Assembly (NCBI GenBank): GCA_030704615.1
Contig: CM060734.1
Span: 34,658,001 to 34,722,000 of the forward strand
Direction: 5' to 3'
Source of the DNA: Takakia lepidozioides
Lineage: Eukaryota > Plantae > Bryophyta
DNA length: 64,000 bases
Within the stretch, counting starts at the first letter, position 1; each line of letters opens with the position of its first letter. The position numbers and the translations under genes are program-made. Positions 12,959 to 25,049 of the stretch are shown in pieces. Below the pieces are notes generated by a model, which saw nothing but the letters and a program-made list of their open reading frames with translations, ran no database searches and was not told where the DNA came from.

Positions 12959-13801
12959 TGTTAGAGGGTTGTCTGGGACTTCGACACTTTTATAGGTTTT
13001 GTGGGGTACCATTAATTTTTGCGCAGACTTACGGATGGTAGACTTAGACCAACAGAGGCCTTAGGGGTGACAGACGCAGGTTTTAGGAAGGGGGGGGGGG
13101 GGGGGGGGGAGACAGGCTTACACAGCCAGTCACAGTCCAGACACAACCAGTCACAGCCCATCACAGTCTATCACAGCTCGACACAGCTTCGCATGGTCAG
13201 ACACAGCACGACACAGCCCGACACAGCTTCACACAGTTTCACACAACCAATCACAGTCCGACACGGTCCGACACAGTCCGACACAGCCAGTCACAACTTG
13301 GCACAGTCACAGCCCGTCACAGCGTACATAGGAACGGTTATCATTGGCAGGGAATGACTGTGTGAAAACGACATCTGCAGAGGGAACATGTTTACTTCTT
13401 AGGTGACAGTTAGTTAGTTAGGCGGTTAGAACAGCTTGTAGATAAAATAGGCAGAGCAAGCATCATAGGGGAGTTCACGGGGGGCACTTCTTGGACATTG
13501 GCGGGAGGAGAAAGGGCAGAGAGCAAGAACGGGAGCAAAGATGGTGAACACGGTGAAGGAGGAGAGATGAACAATAAATGTTTGTTATATGCAAAGCTGT
13601 AGTGATATTGTAAAGCAAATTAAAGACACAATGGCTTCGGCCTGATACCTGATAAATCTTAATCTGATACTTATTCGAAACAATCACATTGTGTAGAGAG
13701 ACATGAGTGAAGCTGTGGAATGAATGGATGAGTGAATGGAACCTGGTAGATACTGAAGCAATCTGATGCTTCAGTATACACAGTAAGGTAATTTGCTAAC
13801 A
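12959..13801 (+). repeat. 3' LTR of gypsy element 1
   Basis: Direct copy of 823-1649 with scattered substitutions and indels, mostly in the CACAG array. Confidence 0.9.
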
Positions 13802-15152
13802 TGAAGGCAAGAAGGAATGAGTAAATGTTGCACATGCATTCCCATCATTTACAACCATTTAGACCAGCATGCCATTAGCCAGGCTTGAGTCCAAGTCCTT
13901 AGTTGAAAAATACTGCTTTAATAGAGGCAGCTTCATAAGAACAACATTAGATTGCTTCCAATGTCATATTTACTTCAAGCAGGTTCTTATTGAATCACAT
14001 CGACCTGTGTTGTAAAGCTCATGACATATTCAAGATACATGGTGAAGGTTTTGAACAAGTAAAGAGTAACTGGTTTTCAACCCTTTATTATATCATCATA
14101 GCCAGTGCCAAAGGCCGATCTGGGCTAGGATTGTGTGGCAAAACCATTCCAACCATTTAAAACCACCTGGATCAGTATGCCATTTTGCAAGAATTGAATC
14201 CCAATTCTTGGTTTTTTTTATGGTGTCTAGAATTAGTTACTTATGTTAGGTACCAAGTCTTTGTCTGTTTGTTTATACAACATACGGCTGATTGGTTTCA
14301 AGTACCAAAATTCCCTGGAATACCACCAGCATCTCTTGTTCAACATAACGTAGACACCAAAATCCCACATACACTCATGGCCTCCATTTATTATAAGGAG
14401 CGCATGAAGGGAGATTGGAATAAATTTCAGACCTGGTATAATCTGGCCGGCTGTGTTTCAGTCAGATGACTAACTATGGAACCATTTAGTTTATGAAACC
14501 AGAATACATCATCTGTTGGAAATTTTCATAACAGAAGGTATCCATAGTATATCAGTTTTGAAAATCCCAGGCTTCTGAAAAGGCATTCCCTTGATAAACT
14601 CATAGTTGCTGGTTACAGTGGTTTATCACATACATTTGGGTGGAATCAGAGGGTCATTGAGAAAGAAAGAAGAAGGGAGGCATCGCATAAAAAAAGTCTA
14701 TAGCCTGGTCATGTTTCTGTTGTAAGCCAACAACTTGTTTGTAACCAAATTCTGACCCAGTAGCAGAGTACATTTCTTACTAAACAACGCTCATTTTTCT
14801 TCAAAATTCAGAGTCAAGCAGGGTTGTAATCACGATTTGGAAAAACCCCAGACTTCATGCTAGGATAATCCCCAGTAGGGGTCTTAACCGTCATAGCCAA
14901 CTCCTCCATCTTTTTGTCATCTGTCTGCAGTTATCACACACTCCATGAACCACCCTAGCATTAGTCTTTCTCACAAATTTTTCAGGATAGCAATCAATTT
15001 ATGATCTACTCCCTGCAGGGTTTGTCATGTGTTTTCAAGTGATAGCCAAAGAAATTCTTCAAAGGCTCATTCACTGAACTTTGATAGCTTGTGGAAGTCC
15101 TCCTTGCAACATGGCTAGTCCAGGTGAATCGGGGGAGAGATCCAGCAGCGCT

Positions 15153-15481
15153 CACTACTACGTTTAGGGGGGGTTAGCGACGCCAGGACCCCGGGTGCGC
15201 CGGACGCGCCGACCCCCCTGCGACTGCAACATCGCACAGGTGCCCGGCCCAGGACTTGCGACGTCAGGGCGTCGCAACGCCGGCGCTCGGACGACGTTGT
15301 GGCATCTTGCGATACCATGCCGTCGCCGGAAAGGGGCCTGACCCCATTCCCCCGCCAACACATTGGGGGGGTTGCGACGTCCCGGATGCTGCGACGCTGG
15401 GGAATCGCAACGAGGCATTGCAGCGACGCTTTTGTGACGGCCGGGCGGTCCTGCGACGGCGGGGAATCGCAATACCCGGGG

Positions 15482-15530
<49 letters not shown>

Positions 15531-16457
15531 TTTAAAAAAAATATATATTTATTTTAGGTTTTTGCGATTCCCCGCCGTCGCAAATGCGTCGCTGGGCTGC
15601 AGTGCTGCGATTCCCCGGCGTCTTTGGGGCGTCGCGAAAAATTGATTTTGAGAGTAGATTGTAGAGCATAATGGGTTTGACATCCTTAGACTATAGCCAT
15701 TGTCCAATAATAAATGAAATGCAGCTTTGCAAAACTTAGACCATTGATAGATATTTGTTCTTGAAGAACTTTGGGGACAAGTCTCGGTGCAAGTTCCAGC
15801 TGTGAGAACTTCTGTAGAGTATGCATAATCTGCAACACAATGATAGGATTGAGATAGTGGTAGTTACTAGGAGCTAACTCTTGATATGTATATATATATT
15901 TGGACTGCTTCTGTGATACATAGATGTATTGTAGATTTATTGGTTAGTGTGTAGTTTCTTAGAAATGTTATAATGTGGAGGTCTTAGGTTCAAATATGTA
16001 TTGCCTAATATATGTAGAACAATGCATGAATTGCCATTGGACAAAACCGGAGTCAATGGTCAACTAGTTTTTGAAATTCAAAATTCAAATTCAAATTCAA
16101 ATTTTCCCACCTAAATTCAAATATACCCCCCTACTGTGACGTCTGGGGGTCGCATTTACAACCCTGGACGTCCCTAATGCGATGTCGCAAAAAAAAGACG
16201 TGTTTTTTTTTTTTTTTTTTTTTTCCGGCGATGCCCGGACGTCGCAAGTCGCGCCGGTGCCGCGGCCGGGGGTCCTGGAGAGTTTGCGATTCCCCGACGA
16301 CGCTAATTAGCGACGTTCCGGGAGCGACGTCGCAGCGACTTCCTGACGTCGCAAAATGCCCCCGGCGCGCCCCGGGCGCCGTAGAGTATTTCCGTCGCTA
16401 ATCGCGGCGGTTGGAGGTCGTTGGGGCATCACTAACCCCCCCCCAAACGTAGTAGTG
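15153..16457. mobile_element. Non-autonomous CACTA (En/Spm) DNA transposon
   Basis: TIRs CACTACTACGTTT...AAACGTAGTAGTG extending imperfectly to ~30 bp; 3-bp TSD GCT at 15150-15152 and 16458-16460; dense GCGACG/CGTCGC subterminal repeats at both ends; AT-rich non-coding core. Confidence 0.95.
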
Positions 16458-16783
16458 GCTGATCGCAACAGACACTAAGTCTGGGCCATTTTAAGCTGGG
16501 GTTTGTAGACTTAAACACAATGTCTTGATTCATTAGATTTCGACGACGATAGTTGATTGGGGCACATTGATTTCATAGAGAGTTGATTAACTCCAAGTTT
16601 AGATGGTTGATATGAGCGGAGAGAATACAAGGGGGTTGCAAAGAGGGCCTACGATCACCGTCTTTTTTCAGACTTGTTCAATTCAGGTGTGTTGATTTCC
16701 AATTGAGGTGTTTAGTTCTGTAGCGTCACCTTTTGCATACTGTTGGGACTAACATGTTGTTGTGATTGCATGTAGGAACCAAC

Positions 16784-18606
16784 ATGGTTCAGAAGCAATC
16801 TATGATCACATCGATGTTTGAGCGCATCACGAAAGAAGAGGATGAGGTGGTGAAGTGAAGGATGTCGGAAGCTTTGGCCGAGGAGATACGTTGTTCAGCG
16901 TTAAAATGAAAGAGCCAAGGAGCACTGAAGCGGCCTGTTGGGCGTCCACGTTCAGATCCAAAAACAACTCTGTTTGTAATGAAATTCAAACAAGAGGAGG
17001 ACGAAGGAGCAAGCTCTAGAAAGAAAAAAAGAAAAAAAGAAATGTCTTATACGAATTGGTTCTCAGCGGATTTATGGCCTTCGATCTACGCTGCTGTAAG
17101 GCATCATCGCAGCTTGAGTGCAGTGCTACATTATCTTCGTTCTTACCACAAAGCTCCCGGCGTCATGACGAGCCCTTATGACAAACTTTCACGTGGTTCA
17201 CTTGCAGAATGGTTCACACCAAAAGGCGTACTGAAGGAAAAATTCAAACAAGCGATCGAAAGGGGAACGGCCTCACTGCTGGCCAAAAATCATGTGATGA
17301 TTATGGAGAGATACCCTGAACTTAAAGAGGAGATCGTGGGCATTCTTAAGCAGATTCGTGCTGAGGATCAACCATTGACAGCGCCGTTGGTGCAACCCAT
17401 TATTCAAGCCATCATCGAGCTTCAAGCACCTCAACTGTTGACTGAAGGTGGTTCTCGCAAGTTTCGAGTGAGCCTTCGGTGGATACGGATTTTTTTACGA
17501 ACTTATCTTAACTAGTCATACCGGGTTTCCACCACTGCTGCTTCAAAGCTACCAGTTGATTGGGAGGCGCAAAGGACCTTGATGGCCCAAATGGTAGCAT
17601 ACCTGGTTAAATTATATAACATTCCACCTGAGTTAGTTGTAAACACGGACCAAATAGGGGTGCACATAGTTGAACCTACAGGAGGTGAAAGGACATGGGA
17701 GACCAAGCGTTCTAAGTACATTCATGTGATAGGCCAGGATGACAAAAGGCAGATCACTGCAATTGTTTCATCTGCAGCTACACGAAAGTGATTTTCAATG
17801 GAACCACAACTCATTCACTTCCACTTGCAACTCTTGGTCATAGGAAATGTCTGGTCGCTGGTTTTCATTTTACCAATTCTCAAAATCATTGGTCTACCAT
17901 ACAGACTTGTAAGCAGTTTGTGGACATGATCTTATTGCCATATTACGAATCACAATGCAAAGAACTTGGCCTACCCAATGGACAGAAGATGATATGGCTC
18001 ATCGATTGTTGGTCAGTGCATACCAGTGTTGAGTTTAGAGACATGGTGAAGGAATATCCTCAAATATGTCTATTGTACGTCCCTACTAATTGTACCAGCG
18101 TCTTGCAGCCAGCAGATGTGGTCATTCAAAGACCCTTCAAACATGCATTCAAGAGATACTTCAATGGATGGACCTGCAACGTAATCAAGTCAAAGCTTGA
18201 ATAAGGCGAATCTCCTAAGGTTGATCTCCATCTTGTGACACTAAAACAGCACCTACCTTGTTGGTTGTACAGGGCACGGAACCACATCACACGTATGGAC
18301 GAGAGTGTGAAGAAAGGTTGGAAGAAGACAGGTCTGGACGGGGCATTCAATAGTGACTTCTAGATTGCAGCTATGGAGCCAACACTTGTTCAATCTTTAT
18401 TCAAGTCCCATCCAACTCCAGAAGATCAAATTGAAGATCATGATGTCAACAATCAAGATCACATGCATGAAGCAGATCCTTGTGAAACTACTCAGACTGT
18501 GATGCTAAAATGTGTGGAGGAATTAACCAGTGCCAAACCAATCAGCATCCCACAAGCTCTGAAGATGTTAAAGATGAAGCAACAAGCTCGGAATAAGGGA
18601 AAGTGA
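16784..18606 (+). pseudogene. pogo/Tigger-like DDE_1 transposase (Tc1/mariner superfamily), disrupted
   Basis: AT-hook-like KRPVGRPR; HTH region; VVNTDQIG (first D), GQDDKRQIT, NHWST, LIDCWSVH...LLYVPTNCTSVLQPAD (36 residues between the last two D); several stops and a frameshift near 17790. Possible right terminus GTGTAAATCGGCCC|TA at ~19243-19258; left terminus not found. Confidence 0.85.
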
Positions 18607-20596
18607 GATCTGTACACATATCAATTGAACTGTAGCAGAAGTACAAAGGGCCATTTGAATCGAATGTTGTAGCTTAATGTGCCAGCCTAAATCTACTTAC
18701 GAATCCGGAAGTTGAAGGGTTGCACTAGATCTTGGAGATTTCATTCTTAAAGGGTTTCTTCGTAGTTCAAGAGCTGTAGATCTCTGAAACGATTTTTTCA
18801 GATTTCATAACCGTTTTTAGTCGGTGGTAAAAGTGTTTAGTAAGTCTCATACTTGAATGCGACCGCATTCACTGTAATTTGTTGCATTCGGCAGTTGCCA
18901 CCTTCTTTTTCCAAAGTTCATTTTTCTACGTTAAGATTATTCCCCACTTTCGTCTATACCAAGGGCAAAATTTTAAAATATTCATTATCTCTAAAAACGA
19001 ATTAATTAATGTCGGAATAGAGCGACTTCTACGGTATTTTACTGTTAGGTTTCTTGGGCCAAACGGGTAGAGGTGGGTCTCCATCCCAGGGGGAGCGTTC
19101 ATTTTGTTGGGCTGGGCCCAAGAATTTGGCGCCATAAATCATGCCATGTGCATGGCCCTCGTGTAAACCGCTTGGGCCCGATTTGAGGCTCTTGACCAAT
19201 AGGATTTCTTATTTCTAGCTTGGTCTTGGGCCCGTGCCCTAGTGTAAATCGGCCCTAAGATATTTTCTTATTCTTTTAGAAGTAGTTGGAACCTCACATA
19301 TATCTCTCAGATGCATGGATTGGTGCCACACACAACTTTCTATTGTTCTATATAACAAATTAAACGATGCAACATACACTACTATGATATGGGGCTAGAT
19401 GTCAACAAACAATAGCAATGTTGATAGATGATGATCACATTTTATATGAATTAAGCTATAGAAGATTAGCTTTTCCTGACTTCCAATAGATAGCCCAACG
19501 GTTGTGGCCGGTTCAAAACCATATCAGTCTATTGGATGTCATAAATGTGCCCATATTCCCACCAGCCCGAATGCAGTAGCCCTGGGGGTCAAGTGACACC
19601 ATAAGTCCCACTTGCTTGCTTTGGCAAGAGTCATTTTTATTAAAAAAAAAAATTCTACTCTACTTTAAACGTTGTTATAAAATAAAGCTACATTATCATT
19701 TGTTAAATCACTACTTAGTTAGATATTATTTTTAAATTTTCTACATCTAAACTTTTTGATTCATATTGAACTACCGTAGTTACCTTGGCACGTTCAACAA
19801 CCGTCTGTCGAATATTTATTTTATTTTGAGAATTTCATTTCAACACATAAAATATTCCCAAAGATGCTTTATTATCATTCACAAAGTTATTTATTTCACA
19901 AAATCAATTTCTAAAATTTTATAATTTGTGTCGAAATTGCCAAGGTACTGTATTCATTCTCTTTCATATAAATAAATTGGCATTGCCAAAGCAAACATAA
20001 ATTATGGTGTCTCTTGAAGAGGTCCGGGCTTCCACCGGACCTTCATGTGGTTTGACCCCATATCTACTAGCAAAGTGGCGAATGCTTTGGGCTAAATGTT
20101 AAAGATTAGGTCTCTCATTCTTACTATTTGTTTGCTTAATTTGGTTTAAATCACACCACTTCCTTGTAAAACGTTATAATTTCTTCTTCTTTCTTTGCCT
20201 TTTGTCTGGCATCCAGCTATCTTTGGGTTCGAATAGAATCTGCCCATGGAAGTTCGTTGAATATATATATTTTTTTTCTTCATTTTCCTTATTTGCATCT
20301 GCCTAGTTGCAGGCAGTGGGTATAAGAGGCACATACTATTGCAAGTTGCCCGCTTTTACATATACAATTTCTGAACGAAGTTGACAACGGTTGGCAAAGA
20401 AACAGACTACGGACGACTGGACGGCCGCTAGATAGTTCCATGGACGATTTGTCGCGGACGGAATCAGTGACGTAGGAAGTGGGGCTGCGTGAAGTGTGAA
20501 CGGTGCAGGAGAGCATGCAGTCTGGAAGGCGTGTGGTACTCAGAATGCGCCATGTAAACTTGAAGCTTGCAAGCCTCACACTCACTCTCGACAGCA

Positions 20597-20777
20597 GGCC
20601 TCTCCTCCTTTCTCAGGCATTTGTAAGGAGCGCAAAAGCAGCTCCAAAGGTGGCCTCTCCTCCCTTCTTTCCTCTCTGAGGCATTTGTAAGGAGCGCAGA
20701 GCAGCTCCAAAGGTGGCCTCCCCTCCCTTCTTTCCTTTCTGAGGCATTTGTAAGGAGCGCAAAGCAGCTGCAAAGGT
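20597..20777 (+). repeat. ~3 copies of a ~55-63 bp tandem repeat immediately upstream of the hydroxylase gene
   Basis: GGCCTCTCCTCC...GGCATTTGTAAGGAGCGCA(A/G)AGCAGCT(C/G)CAAAGGT repeated three times, ending ~25 nt before the ATG at 20802. Confidence 0.85.
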
Positions 20778-20801
20778 TGTTGGGAGGGTGGGTCTAGGAG
20801 A

Positions 20802-22096
20802 ATGCAGTTCATGAGAGGTGAGACGGTGAACACCGTGGGCTATGTCCTACTGTGCGCTGCTATGGGGGTGATAGGCGGTCTCGCTACAGCTACGGGACAT
20901 GCCATATTGGAGCATGTTTGGTTTCATCTCTTGGCATTCTTGGACAGGAAGGGACTGATTCAAAGGCTATCTCCATCAATACCGGTCACCATCATCAACT
21001 ACAAAAAGGAGAACTTCTGGGCTGTCGCTTGCGGACCGATGCCTTTGGCTGCACTAGTGTTTGCTGGCCGGTACATTTCTCTTATGCTCCACCGTTGCTA
21101 ATTGGATTCTTTTGTTAACTATCAACTTCGAGAGGTGACTGTAGTACAGATCAGTACAGAGCCCCGGTAGAGCTAGATTAATGGATGGGATTATAGATTG
21201 TTCTGGTACGCTGCTCCACCTTTGTTAAGTAGATTCTTTTGTTATAGATCTCTGTGTAGAATGAGTGTTGAATTACTAGAATATCCTGATACAAAGCGTG
21301 GTCATTAACTTGGAGAGGTGACCCCCCCTGGAGCCACTAGATTGCATGCCGGGATTACAGATTTTTCTAGTAGGCTGCACAATTGCCTATGTTTGTACTT
21401 GTTTCTATCTGATCTCAGACCGGTGATTGTTGCAGACACGGATATTTGAGCCGGTGTAAGTGTTCGGTCGATGTGCTGGGAAGCTGGTTGTTCACATGGA
21501 CTGTGATGGCCCTACACGATTCTTACTTCTGGACTGTGCACACATTAATGCACCTTTTCAAAGGTGTTTACGTCCGAATACATCAATGGCATCACTCCAC
21601 AAACGGAGACCTTACGGTTTTCAGCACAGCCTACGGTGACATCTTCGATATAGCCATCACCTTCACTCCATTCTACTCAGGTTTAATGTTATGGCTCTAC
21701 CTTATCCCTTCATGGAATCCTCTAAATTTGCTGTTCCTGATATGGGCAATGAATGGCGTGAACTTGATGGGCCACTGTGGCTACAAGTTACCTGCATGGG
21801 TTTATGTCCCGGGATCATTAGGCGTGCTCCTTACACCTCTCGCGCAAAGGCCCAGGCATCACTATATCCACCATCTAGATCCTCGTTACAATCGATCACT
21901 GTACTTCACCTGGTGTGACCGGCTGGCAGGCACCTTCAGAGAAACCCACCCGAAAGTTATCGACGGCCCGAACTGTTTCGACTATTCCAGCTCCAACGTT
22001 ACACTGAATGGATCAGAGTCGATTGGAGAGAAGAAAACCGATGAGAAGTTCTTTGAAATGTCCAATGACAAGCTGAATCATCGCATTAGAAGTTAG
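20802..22096 (+). CDS. Fatty acid hydroxylase / sterol desaturase superfamily membrane di-iron enzyme; join(20802..21070,21436..22096), ~309 aa
   Basis: GT donor at 21071 and TTGCAG acceptor ending 21435 join the two ORFs in frame (CG|A = Arg). His boxes HDSYFWTVHTLMH, IHQWHH, GHCGY and HHYIHH, then NRSLYFTWCDRLAGT; hydrophobic segments; no internal stops. Confidence 0.85.
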
Positions 22097-24199
22097 TTAG
22101 TTAATCGTTGCATGCACCTGACTCAGTATGGCTTTAAATTCAGAAATCACTTGTTTGGGTTCGTAATTAGCATCTTCAGGAGTCATCGGTAGTCCAGACA
22201 TATGAGTTCTGGCTATCCTTAGAACTTTTAAATCTCTATGTTGATATGAGTAGGTAGGCACCGTGGACTCAGGTTGTTCCTTAGCTAAAAACTGTGAATG
22301 GCCTAATTGGAAGCTAAAAATCCAGATATGTCTATATAAGCTAGTTCATCTGCACTGTGGCCCCATGGATCCTGTCAGCTCTTTTCGAGGCAAGCTGCTC
22401 GCCTGTTAATTTTAATGGATTGTTTGTGAGTTTGAAAACTGTAAATGAATGGAGTCTGCCCCTAGGTCAGGGCTTTACAGAAGTCGGAATGTGAGAGTTG
22501 ATGAGTTTTGAGTTCCGAGTAGGTCACATTATAGTACAGCAGTACTTTTCGATCACAAGCTGGCAGCCATCCCCAGAACGTGAAAAGCATTGTGAATGTC
22601 TGGCGACGGTTAATCGATCCCCGGAAATGTGGAAGCTTTCTTGCTACTTTCACAGGGACCCACAGAACCGCCACACAACCCCCACGGACACCTGGTGGGC
22701 TGCCGGGAAAAGGTACCGGCGGTCTCACCGAAGTTGTACCGGTTCCGACACGTGTGTACCGGCTGGAGCTGATTACTACTGGTTGCAGAGGCAGTCAGCC
22801 GGTCCAGCGACCGGCTGCACGACAGGCGCACACAGTCGTGAGTGAGTTCGAGTTGCATTGATGCTGCGGTGTGAGGGAGCTCAGCTTCCCGAATGAATGA
22901 TTGCCTTCAAATAATCCACAAGGAAAGAATATGGCCGACTGTGGACACAAGTTTGTGGACCAGACAGCCCGTTAACGTACTGGGCCAGCAGGGGCGAAGT
23001 TGAAGAAAGTATGGATTACACTTTCTCCTCATCAATTAACAAGATAAGTTGAGCCTGAACATGGCTACCATGAGAGTACGTACAGCCTGCTTTCCTCCGC
23101 GCAACCTTAGAAGGATTTCGCAGTGTCCACGAACGAAATTATTCAGTGTACGCTTGATTCCAAGTGCCAGCTCAAGTGAATTTTTCGTTAAAGAGTCGTT
23201 CAGGAGGAGTATAGCTGCGGAGCTTATTTTGCTTTCCTATTGCCCACAGCCTTTCAGCTCCTCATCTGTAGCATTGGGTTGATTTGTCTCCTAACGTGAA
23301 ACTTGCATAAAATTGAGACTTGATGATCAAAGTTGTGCCAGTTTACATATCTGTGTATATTCTTGGTTCAGTGGTTGTCTATCGATATCTTACTGGTCTA
23401 TACGAGGTCTAACTGTCAGCTTGGTCTGTGTAAGTGTCATTAGTGGAGTAAACTGAAGAGGCTTTTTTTGGCGAATACTTGAACGGAGTTCAGACTTCAG
23501 ACTACTAACTGGAGACAAGTTCATCTTTGAAAGCTCTATAACCTGCTGAGCACTCTCAGCACTTCAGATCAATTGACCAATCTCGAAATAATATTGCATG
23601 TATTGGAAGATTCAGGAACTGGCCGACTGTTTGGGTGGATCACATATTGGAACAATGACCCTCCTTCTGAACCACTAGTGCGACAATGTTAAAAGGATCA
23701 GTGGTTGGTTGGAAAATGGCATAGTACACCAGACCCGTTTGCAGGTTTGGATGTCCACTAGGTAATCTAATGCAAAAACCAAAAAAAAACAATAGAGCTT
23801 GTCTTCCTCAAATTTTCTACGGCAAAACAGATCATGGATTTTGTTTTTCTTTTCTGTCTGGAAACAGATTGGGAGATTCCAGTGCATAAGTGAGTGAAGC
23901 ATATCTCTGCAAAATATCAGCAGAAAAGAAGCATATTTGGTATGGGTAGGTGAGCTATGAACAATTTCGTGGCTATTGACGTTTTGCCAAGAAATAGCCA
24001 CGTTTGCTAGAAGCATAAAGCCATGCCAGCAAGCCTACTGCCAAACTTTTGTACCATTTGTGTAGGAGCTTTTCTACTTTGTTTTTTCTAATTTAGAAAT
24101 AGCTAAAATGTAGTTTTTGGCTAGCCCTATGTGAACCCTTGATTCCGGCGCTATGGGTTTGTTCCCCTTCCTCTACCGGACTTAATTCTATCTGGGGAA

Positions 24200-24870
24200 T
24201 GTAGTCGATAGATGGGCTTGGCAAAGAAGACGGAATCTCACCGAGAGGACACCACAGACCCGGACTTCCTAAGCACTTTCATCCAGCCACTCAAACACAC
24301 CGTTACACCCAGCGTACGCTCGCGTAAGACCCAAAAGCCACCACCCTCACTGCCACGGCTTAAATAGTATTAGGTCATAATCTAATCTTAGTGCCGCGTG
24401 GCACTTACACATAGGTTCACCAGATGCCCTTCCAGCATAGCCATAGAAAGAAGCCAGATCACCCAGACCCATCCTAATCTAATCCTAAACTAGCTGTAAG
24501 AATAAGACAGCCCTTAATAAAGTCATCAGATGTTGCCAGCTCATCCTCATGCGCAAGGTGTAAGTTCATCCAGACTTCATCCTGGCGTCGTCCATCCCTT
24601 AAATCATCCGGAGCGCATCCCTCCTCCATTCATCCATGTCGAAAAGGAAGGTGAGAAGGAATCCTAGCTCCACATATGTGAAGCCTGCTGGGGCCACAAG
24701 AAACTGCGAGCTCCTGCGAGTGATGAGCTCGGGAAGAACAAAAATGAAGCCTAGCAAAAACAAACTACACACCCGGCACACAAGGGATGAAAAAACCTAG
24801 GGAAGAAAACCTCACCCTGCAAACTGGGTGGAGGACAAAACATCCCATAGGAAAAACCCCAAGTGCTACA
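24200..24870 (-). repeat. Probable LTR associated with the minus-strand gypsy element 2
   Basis: TGTAG...CTACA termini; CTATTTAAG TATA-like motif on the minus strand (~24360); lies just downstream of the integrase end. No partner LTR, clear PPT or TSD. Confidence 0.4.
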
Positions 24871-25049
24871 ATTGGTGCAGAAAACTAGCACGAAATTCAA
24901 ACACTATTCTAAAGAAGAAGATGTCATGTTTTGAGTGCGAGCTGTCCGAGCTGTGGGGGTGAAGATCACCTGACGGTTCTCAACATTCAAACAGGTTAGA
25001 TAAAAAATAAGAGTGCATGTAACAAGCAGTGAAACATGAATGGAGCTAG

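Larger units (their letters stand above)
823..13801 (+). mobile_element. Full-length decayed Ty3/gypsy LTR retrotransposon (non-chromovirus, Athila/Tat-like) with extra ORFs
   Basis: Two direct LTRs (823-1649, 12959-13801), both TGTTAG...CTAACA. PPT before the 3' LTR. Internal order gag-PR-RT-RH-INT. No chromodomain seen after INT. No TSD found. Confidence 0.93.

Noticed and set aside
13820-15110. Possible degenerate minus-strand coding sequence
   Set aside because: Short protein-like stretches but many stops and no recognisable motif.
15115-16401. Arg/Lys-rich ORFs in CACTA subterminal regions (also 28584-29208 and 41413-41910)
   Set aside because: Stop-poor GC-rich repeats and poly(A)/(G)/(C) runs, not coding-like.
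22460-23300. Overlapping ORFs downstream of the hydroxylase gene
   Set aside because: No recognisable domain; stops in the longest plausible frame.
24871-24885. TGGTGCAGAAA as a PBS for a plus-strand LTR
   Set aside because: The adjacent pol is on the minus strand and no tRNA match can be verified; orientation is unresolved.
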